Assembly: GCF_000315625.1 (NCBI RefSeq)
Contig: NW_005434569.1
Span: 1 to 64,000 of the forward strand
Direction: 5' to 3'
Origin: Guillardia theta CCMP2712
Lineage: Eukaryota > Protista > Cryptophyta
DNA: 64,000 nt
This document shows, in pieces, positions 55,501-64,000 of this stretch (within the stretch, counting starts at the first letter, position 1; every line of letters starts with the position of its first letter). Below the pieces are notes generated by a model. The model was given only the letters and a program-made list of their open reading frames with translations, was not told the DNA's origin and ran no database searches. The position numbers and the translations under genes are program-made.

Positions 55501-57653
55501 CCGCTTTTTCTCTCTTCTGCCTGTCATTATCTTACATCGGTTTGGATAGTACGTGAGTGAACAGAGGCAACTTGGAGAGCTTGCTGTCATCTGACTTCTG
55601 CTTTCAGATTGTGAGTTTGCTCGAAAACAATATTCTTTTCTTTCCTCAGCCCGTTCTGATACGCTCTTTCTCCTTGCTACGATGATTTGTTCTGCCATGG
55701 AGCAGTCGGTAAACAGCTACTGGACTTGTTTGTCATGAAAGACTCTGATCATTGTGAAATCTATTGCCCTCCCTCTTCAACACTCAAGTCGGTAAGTCTG
55801 CCTGTGACTCCGGCAGTCTTGCTGACTTCGTTCTTCCTTTTGCTTCTTCAACCCGCCTCCGCAATGAATCAGCAAGTAAGTTCGCAAACTGATCTTGTCT
55901 TAAACACTTGACTCTGTTTTACCCCAGATCGTAACATCACCTCTTCTTCTCTACTTAATTGCTGATGAAAACTTGTGTTGGTCTGCTGTTGTGAACGCCA
56001 ACATGTTCAGCGGGTGATAACATCAAGACCTCTGCATAAGTGGCAACTGATGACTTGTCTTTGCTTACTTGATGTCGCCCCTCTCCTACAACAGACTGTA
56101 AGTTTGCTTCTTGTATGCTGTGGACAAGAACTGACCTTTGGCTTGACAATCTGCTCACTCGACCTATCGACACAGTTTGTAAGATCTTCAGTCCTTTTGC
56201 GCTTTGTAATGATTCGTATCTCTTCCTCCTCGCGTTACCCTGCTATCCTCGCAACGAACAGTTTGTGAGTTCAACTTGTAAAGCACAGCTGTCAGGATTC
56301 TTACTGACACCTTCCTTGTTTGCCTGTCGTCATGCTGCAATATTCTAGTGGGTAAGAGATGCGTCAGAAACTTTCATTCTCAGCTGATCTTATTCTATCT
56401 TCGTCCTTTTTGCCCTCCTCTTCTTGGTTGTCCTTCTCTTTCTCTCTTTTTCTCTCTCTCTCTCTTTCTCTTTTTCTCTTTTCTGCAACTTCCTCCCCCT
56501 CTCTCTTTATTCACAGCAGGTGAGCCCTTCAATCAAGTTTGAAGCTTTCCTCTGATATCCAATTTCTACTCCTTGGGAATTACATGGACGTCGCAGAATG
56601 TGAGTTGACGATCAAGATTGCTTTGTTCCTGCAAGAATTCCTGACTTGATGATTTGCTTCCTTTCTCTTTAATCATGAACAGCTTGTGAGTTTCTTTGTG
56701 ATTTTCTCCTTCTTCTTGACCTTGTTGCTTTCTCCTCAATCGTCTCATCTTGTTCCTCTTCAACGTCAGTTCGTAAGTCTCTAGCGCCTTCCTTTCTCCT
56801 CCCCCTTCCATAACCTTCTCTTTTCAAACTCGACCGTCTCCATTCTCCGGCTGTCAAACGTAGCGAGTGAGTCGAACTATACATGTCTTGCTTTCATTCT
56901 GATCCTCATGTCTTGACCAGGGGGTAATGTATCCTTGATTCCTCCCACGTGTTCTCACCAGCGTTCTTTCAAACCAACACGGGATCGTTTGGAGCAGAAG
57001 GTGGGTGTCTGTTACTGACTTCAAACCTGATTATTTCCTTGTTCTGCTCTCTTTGGACTGACAATCTTGTTCAGAACGTAAGTCTTTCATCTACTCACCG
57101 GGCCACTTTTCTCTCTGAAGGAATTTCTTGACAACTCAACAAACTTCCGCACTCCTCTCAGTGTTGTGTAAGTCCTTCAACTTTAGATGCTGATCATGGA
57201 TAACTTTGTCTTGGACAGATTGTATGATGATTCAACGTCGTCAAAGACTTTTGACTTCTCAATGCAGTGCGACCAGAAAGCAGGATGGACACGATTCGAA
57301 CGGGTGCGTCAAATTGTCTTGCGTTCCCCTGAATGCATCTGTCCTCCTTCCCTCTTTTTCATTCCCTCCCTCCCTCCCTCCCTCCTTCCCTCCCTTTCCT
57401 TCCTCTAATCTTCATCACAGAGGGCATGCCTGCAGTGCAGGCAGCGAGCAAACCCTGGAGCTGTCCACCTGTTCCCCCAGCGAATCAACATATCCCTCGA
57501 CCCTGTGCAACTCAACAGAGCAGCAGGAGCTCCAACTCCTTTCCCTGCCCCTGCTGCACTCGGCGCGTTGAATCCCGAGCAGCTTGCAGCGTACAACAAC
57601 ATCCTTGAAGGTTTCAACACCTCCAACCTGCAAAACAACAGCACCAACAACAA

Positions 57654-57684
<31 letters not shown>

Positions 57685-58022
57685 AGCAGTGTCCCAGTGC
57701 AGCATCGTGGCGCCAACGTGATCGAGGCTCTGCGATCGGCCGGCCTTTCACAGAATGAGATCAACGAGGTCTATCCCAAGCTGGTGGCTGCCGGGGTTCA
57801 GACGACAGCAGACTTCAAGTTCATCCGCGACCTGAGCGAGCTAGGGGACCTGAGCTTGTCGATAGTGAGCAAGAGGAAGCTTGCTGACTGCCTGTGAGTA
57901 TGTTCGCTCCACCACCTCCACCTCCACCTCCACTTCCACTTCCACTTCCACCACCTCCTCCTCCTTCTCCTCCTCCTTCTCATGTTTCTGATCTTTCAAT
58001 TTCTTGCAGCGGACTTGAGTGA
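49573..58022 (+). CDS. Micro-exon gene (~93 exons, ~78 of them single-codon 3-nt exons) encoding a ~307-aa two-TM protein with Cys motifs and a C-terminal SAM-like domain
   Basis: Exon 1 49573-49602, exon 2 49779-49820, 88 small phase-0 exons 49870-57221 each bounded by (C/T/A)AG and GT donors, then 57268-57303, 57421-57893 and 58010-58022. The concatenation is stop-free and in frame with the large terminal exon: MAVQECKECQTPIMVGNKSNPNVCAAGRFEAHWTWMAALLIVLWIVLWGTLGVVLGRTSNVSASSVNAFFAIAAVALSPALLFGVPGKSRSSWNGRHHGHTTSVWISCPWTPYISSQIRTFFWQNLFRGKNCCICDQKAGWTRFERRACLQCRQRANPGAVHLFPQRINISLDPVQLNRAAG...NVIEALRSAGLSQNEINEVYPKLVAAGVQTTADFKFIRDLSELGDLSLSIVSKRKLADCLGLE*. Confidence 0.88.
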
Positions 58023-58385
58023 AAGGAGGCCATGCCGGTGGTTGGTTCTGATTTGACCTTGGTGCCCTCCAGTTTCGTAGAACACAGCCGTCTCATTGCC
58101 CTTGGATGAAAGCGCATTATTGCAGACTTGCTTTAGGAGGTGATAAAGACGTGATTAGAATACAAGCATAGAAGTTAGAAACCGAAACATGACAAAACTG
58201 GTTGTGGTGGAAATGACTTGTGAAAAATCAACTATCCTGTCTCATCTCTTCTCGCATCTCTCCCCTCTCCCCTCTTTCCTCTTTCCTTCATCTCTCCTCC
58301 CTCCCTCCCTCCCTCCCCCCTCTTCTCTATACCTCTGCTTCCTTCCTCCTTCCTCCTTCCTCCTTCTCTCCTCTCTCATTCCCTC

Positions 58386-58485
58386 NNNNNNNNNNNNNNN
58401 NNNNNNNNNNNNNNNNNNNNNNNNNNNNNNNNNNNNNNNNNNNNNNNNNNNNNNNNNNNNNNNNNNNNNNNNNNNNNNNNNNNNN
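58386..58485. other. Assembly gap (100 N)
   Basis: Run of N. Confidence 1.
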
Positions 58486-58659
58486 CCCTCCCTCCCTCCC
58501 TCCCTCCCTCCCTCCCTCCCTCCTCCCTCCCTCCCTCCCTCCCTCCTCTCCTCCCTCCTCCTCCCTCCCTCCCTCCCTCGCTCCCTCTCCCTCGTGGCTT
58601 TCTTGGGGGTTGTGTGAGTGGATAGCGTTGTAAGCGTAAAGAATTTGGATCCTCGTGCG

Positions 58660-59813
58660 ATGATATCTAGAAGCATCAAAACAATCCTGTTCTGCACGAT
58701 ATTTGGCTGCTGCTGCATCCCATGCAAGGGGGAAATAGATTCCGGCAAGAGTCTGTTCGAGTGGTTGGAGGAGGAAGGAGGAAGCGTGCTTGACGGAGTA
58801 AGTGTCGGAGGAACACCGAGGGGATTGATAGCAGAGAAAGAATTTTCACCCGGGGATATCATCGTCACCGTTCCTCTGAAACATGCTATCAATCTTGGTA
58901 CTGCTTCGTCCTCGACGGAAAGTGCGGCTATCCTGCTACGAGAAAGATACAGAAAGAGCCGGCGGAGATTTGATCCTTACCTCCAGTCCCTTCCCAAGAT
59001 AGAAGAGCTGATGACGGTCGACCTCGCAGATGAAGACGACATCTGGTGGCTTCAATCCCCTGACCTCATCGAAGCAGCATGGCGATGGAGGAACGCCACG
59101 TTGGCGGGGTACAGGAGCATTGGGAGCAAGAGCTTTATGTTGGGCGGACGCCATCTCACCCTCAACGAGTATCGGTGGGCCGTATCTATCATCTCCTCGC
59201 GCTCCCTTGCCATCGTCGCGCCCAACGGGGACATGTTGAAATATCTTATCCCTGTGATGGATCTGGCGAATCACCAGGAGGAAAGCAAGCATCATGTCAG
59301 GTTGGCCGATGGCGCCCGGGCGTTCCACCTAGTATGCGGTCAGCCTATCAAGCCGAAAGAGGAGATCAGAATCAGCTATGGTCCTCTTAGAGGAGACGAG
59401 ACCGTTCTCTTCTACGGGTTCCTGCTGGAGCCTCCCTCTTCGCTCCAACCCTTCGCAGGTAACGAGGCTCGGCCTCCCTCTCAGCTCAGTCTCTCCTCAT
59501 CCTCAGTTGATGTCACTCTAGCAATGCTCTGACCCGATTTGCTGCGACAGTTGATATGCCAGGATGGACTCCGGATGCTCCTCCTCCTCTTCTTCGCTAT
59601 CAACCTGTCTCGGTGGTGACATCTCTGGAGTCCGAAATTCAGCGAGTCCAGAGCAAGCTTTCCATGCTCAACACCAGCGTTGCTTCGCAGAGTCGAGCTC
59701 CTTTCTCGAAGTTCGCTCAGATGTACCAAGACATGCACGCTATGAGGATAGAATCTCTCAGGCACGAGCTGCAACAACTTCAAAGGAGGGGCGCAGTGAG
59801 TGATCATACATAA
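58660..59813 (+). CDS. SET-domain methyltransferase, Rubisco LSMT / SETD3-like, two exons
   Basis: LFEWLEEEGG, RGLIAEKEFSPGDIIVTVP, YLQSLP, YRWAVSIISSRS, LIPVMDLANH, EEIRISYG, LFYGF. Confidence 0.9.
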
Positions 59814-60427
59814 CAAGAAACCGTAGTACTCCAATCTTATGGTGCGATATCAAATTTGAACTTTGCCAGTACTGCGCGGCCGGGCGAAATTAAACAAACG
59901 GCAGTGTGCCAGCTGCTGACCGTACCGTACCCCGTCACACTGTGATCGATTTCAGAGTCAACGCCGTGGTATAGTACCGTACGGCGTACGGTCGCCGGCC
60001 AACGCATCATCAAGTCACACAGCACACAAACGGTTGAGTCTGAGTCGGATGCAGTCCGCTGGGCCCCCGCGGGACTCCGGCCGACACCCGGGCACCGGCC
60101 GACACCCGGGCACTGGGCCGGGTCTCGGACACTATGACTGACTGAGGACTGCCAGGGCCGGTGACTTCCACTGGGGAGGACTTCCCAGGGAACTGGTGGG
60201 TGTAACTGCCGTAACTGACTGTATGTGTGAAGGGGCGTCGACCATGTCCTGTAAGTCGCGAGGAGGAGAGAATACTTATGAGAAAAGGAAGAGGAAGAGG
60301 GCGAGGGCAGAGCAGCGCAGCGGAAAGCTATGGGCAGAAGAAAGAAACGAGTTTGATGCGATCTGATGTTGAAGCAATGTACCATAGAAAGATCATGTGT
60401 TTCGAGGCACATAAGTAGAAGCTGGAG

Positions 60428-61119
60428 ATGGAAAGCAGGAGAAGAATATCTTGTCTAGTGTGCTTTTCGTATACGTGTGTAGCTCGTGACTTTCAACTAC
60501 CGCAACACGCTGAACTTACAACTTCTGTCAGACGGAGCTTGCGAGGAGGGTGCTGGAGCAGGGAAAGTTTGCAAGGAGCCCATAGACGCTAATCGCGCGT
60601 TTGCTCGCTCTTTCGCAATCGTCTTCGCTGTTGCACTGGGATGCATCGCGTTGGCTGTGCTTCTTATTCAGGCAGGAGCAGCGAAGAGCGTCTCTCTCTA
60701 CGTATACTACTTCCTGTCCCGCTTGGCAAGTCCTAACGCCATGCTCAGGGAGGTTTCACTTCGAATTTGGATCTTGACAAGGGTACACTCAGCGCCCTCG
60801 AGGCAGTAGCTGGTCCTGCCTCCGGACGCCGTGGAGGAATTGCGTTCTCGGATGCTGCCCCCCGCGTTCCTCGTATCTTGGCAGCTCAGATGCAGAGGTA
60901 TTATGCATGCAGGGGATGAACCATGTGTCTGATCGCTGCCTCTCACTACAGGCGATCAGCTTCGCAGCAGATGTTGGCATCTATGAACAGCAAGAGGTAG
61001 CTGATGAGATCCCTCGCCTCTCAAGCTGACCAGTTTTCAGGAGTGAGGCTGATAAAGTTGCCGATGGGATGAGGACACAGGATTACATGGATCTTACGGA
61101 TGCTGCCGGGATGGAATGA
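60428..61119 (+). CDS. Small single-pass membrane hypothetical protein, multi-exon
   Basis: Hydrophobic segment FAIVFAVALGCIALAVLLIQ followed by short exons ending ...MDLTDAAGME*. Confidence 0.4.
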
Positions 61120-61259
61120 AGGGTAGGAGGAAAAAACTTGTTAAACTTTTGAGTATATATTCTTAATTTTGAGAGATTTCTGTCTGCTGCGGGAACAAGT
61201 CAATTAATGTGAGTCCTGTGTAGCTGCGTCAGATCGATCCACTTCTAATTTGTCAAACA

Positions 61260-63966
61260 TGTATCACATTAGTATGGTGCATTGAGTCGGTTCCAAGAGA
61301 CTCAGGCCACATTTTCTGTTCATCACTAGTGGTTAGAGACACGTGCCTCCTGATAGTTTTGTGATCACCTTCTTGCACCACAATCGATGCGCTGAGATAG
61401 CAGCCTGATCAGAAAGAGAGTAAGTTTGTTTGTTCGATCAATTCCACAGCAGTCCATACATGTCTCTTGGATGGTTCTTTACAGAAGACGCGGACTCCAT
61501 GCATAATTTGATCGCGAGGAAGAATGCTTCCATACCTTACAAAAATTCAAGGTTACTTCGACTGCCAAGACAAATCTACATCATCGTTGCGTTACCTGTT
61601 CTGGCTCACTCTTCTTGCAACCCAAAGACCTTTAACTGAAGCTTCCTTCTCGGAAGAGAAAAAGAAAACCTACCAAACACATCAGACAAAAAAACGTCAA
61701 ACGCTACAAAGGCTGACCTCATCGACAGGATTTTTCGATTTCTTCCCATGGTGCACACTCCATTTCTCAACGATGAGGTCGTCGGCTGACAACTGACCCG
61801 CACTAGGAGCATTCTGATTTCCTCCCTTCACTGGAGTTCGGCTTTGAGAAAGAAACTCCTCATTCATCGGTTGCGATCCTCTATCATCTAAAGGATACTC
61901 TACATCGCTGTTTTGCTCGTCTGGCGTGTCCGGAATACAAACTAGAAAGTACTCGTCAATTAGCAGAGCGAAGAAATCGCATGGTCACCATTTTCTTCTT
62001 CCCAGAGAGATAACATCTCTTGCTTCAATGCATCTACAGAGGTTTTGATTGGATGACTATCGGTTTGAGAATCAGCTGAAACTGAATTGCCTCCATGCCT
62101 TGCATCGACGAAGTTCATCTGAAACCTCAATCAAACACATAGCAGTGAAATCAATTTAGAAACCGGTGTGTTTCCGACAAACTTGTAGAAGTCGTGGCGC
62201 TGATACCGATGGAGAAGCGCTCTCGCACATTGCATATCCTGAGCATGGGATTCAGCTGATTTGTATCAAGAAGGAGATTCGTTACCTCATCTTCACTTTG
62301 AAAATTATAAATATTCGAAAGAATGTGATCATCAAGGTTGACAAATGCTGCGGGATCATATATCGCTTCTTCTATCGGTACTCTGTTGGTAGAAATCAGC
62401 TTGTAAAGTCCATTGGAATTCTGAATTACCTCCTCACAAGACGAGCAGTATCCTTGTCGTAACACGGCACAGTGTAATGCTTGAAAGCAAGCTTCAACAC
62501 ATCACGGATCAGATACTCGACTGCCTTGACGTTCCTATGAGTATAGACCTGAAAATTGGAATCAGAGTCAAGACTGTTTGATTTCTGTGGTTATATTACA
62601 CCTTCCAGTGCATGTTGAATCTAATTTTGAAGATTTCCATAGCTTCAGGGGCTAACTTCTCTGGCCAACATATGCCCCAACGTCCTTGTTTTGTCGGCTC
62701 ACCATCCTTATCCAATTCTGGGCACCAACATACCTTTGAGCAAACGTAAATGTTGAGAACGAGACTGAAATTGAACAAGAAAGAACTCACTCGTGCAAGG
62801 TCTATGAAGCGATACGGCTGCTTATCTTCTTCTCCCAAGGAAACTTTCTTGTCTCGCATGAAATAATCCAACTTGTCGATGTCTAAGCCGCTATGTGCGT
62901 TGTTTATAATGTCATACAGAAAGTTCTTCTCTGGGCCACGACCCCGGCGAGCTTCAATTCCTCCTCCATTACGCTTTCCACCGTCAAGATCATCACCAAC
63001 AATCAGCTCTTCTATGAAACGAAGATCATTGACTGGATCTAGACCGTAGTCTTCCAGACGGATATTGTTGTCTCGGAGCAGATACTTGAGCATTAAAACA
63101 CTCATCTCCTCATGGGCCCAGTCCAAGCCCATATCCTGACAGATCATTGTTTCGAACATGTGGCTGAAAGGCCCATGGCCAAGGTCATGACACAATGCCG
63201 CAACTTTTACACAGAGCTTGTCTGCCTCCGTGATTTTGGCTGGAATGGAATATGTGCATGAACCATCTTCATTCCGTTTGGAAGGCAACGCAGGGTAACC
63301 CTTCTGCTCCCTCAGATTCTCCCAATACTGATTGATTGCTGAAAGCTCAATTTCAGGGGATCGATACATGATAAGACGGCAAAAAACAACCTGGAAACAT
63401 GCGCCTCAACTTCTTATCCTTCCGCCGTTGTTCCTCAAGGGTCTGCATCATCCTTGTAGCAAGGTGCATTGCCCCAACACTGCCAAACGCTGCTTGTGAG
63501 ACTCGAAAATACAAAAAGTGTGTGTACACGAACCTGTGCTCAAACCTTGTATGGTTAGCAGATCGGAAAACATTTTCACAAAGTCCAAGCTGCTTCAACT
63601 GCTGTAGCCTTTGGAACTGTTTCGTGTCCATGATTCTAATTATCAATGGATCCAACTCAATCTGAGAGATATTATTGGCGAAGTGAGATGAAAGATACAA
63701 AACTCTACCTGGCCGTATATTCTGTCGTGGAATGTTTTGGTACGAAGGCCAACCGAGCGGAGGATTGGCGTCAAAGGAAAGTTTTGAGTGCCTACGACCG
63801 ACAAGTGCTGCTTCTTCGGAACCTCAAAGTCATAGCTTTCTTCAGTTTCATGATCAACATCTGATGATTTGCGTTTTCCTCCTTTCATTCCTTCAAAGTC
63901 ATCAAACTCTCTTGGTTTGGAGGCTTTGTTAGACATGTAATAATTCAGGATAGTCTGTTGAGACAT
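61260..63966 (-). CDS. SAMHD1-like HD-domain deoxynucleoside triphosphate triphosphohydrolase, multi-exon (3' end approximate)
   Basis: [36 protein letters not shown]...[16 protein letters not shown]; [20 protein letters not shown]; WAHEEMS; [24 protein letters not shown]; [21 protein letters not shown]. Confidence 0.92.
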
Positions 63967-64000
63967 CGTTGTTGTGCTTCAGTCTGCAAGAGCTTCCCAC

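Noticed and set aside
55650-55652. Extra candidate micro-exons: cag-CCC-gttctg here, cag-ATT-gttgcc at 55396, aag-TT-gtaaca at 51253
   Set aside because: They would need upstream introns of about 29-39 nt and have weak donors, and the 2-nt one breaks the frame. Left out of the model, though the 55650 one cannot be fully excluded.
49870-57221. CRISPR-like or tandem repeat-spacer array (regular ~85-nt period)
   Set aside because: The only conserved elements are spliceosomal acceptor and donor signals. There is no 23-47 nt direct repeat and no cas gene, and the DNA is eukaryotic.
49870-57221. Recursive-splicing ratchet points (zero-length exons) in one long intron
   Set aside because: AG and GT are consistently separated by 3, 6 or 9 nt rather than 0, and the inserts concatenate into a sensible protein.
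50044-57408. Short six-frame ORFs reported across the micro-exon region
   Set aside because: They are 60-120 aa read-throughs of intronic sequence with no coding bias or domain.

Overview
Eukaryotic nuclear DNA, gene-dense, with short (~45-60 nt) spliceosomal introns, many microsatellite-filled introns and four assembly gaps. The style resembles a cryptophyte alga such as Guillardia theta (inference, not verified). Recognisable multi-exon genes are VPS33, a BIR-domain coiled-coil protein, a Bfr1/proton-pump-interactor-like protein, a two-PDZ protein, a TMEM65-like protein, a Ser/Thr kinase, an MFS transporter, alpha-SNAP, an RNI-type LRR protein, an LSMT/SETD3-like SET methyltransferase and a SAMHD1-like HD dNTPase. 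The main result is at 49573-58022 (+), which the ORF track shows as junk. It reads as a ~93-exon gene in which about 78 exons are exactly one codon (3 nt) long, each bracketed by canonical AG / GT splice signals roughly every 85 nt. Joining the exons by hand gives one stop-free ~307-aa ORF with two transmembrane helices, Cys motifs and a C-terminal SAM-like domain. Gene models were read by eye, so boundaries of the non-conserved genes are approximate.
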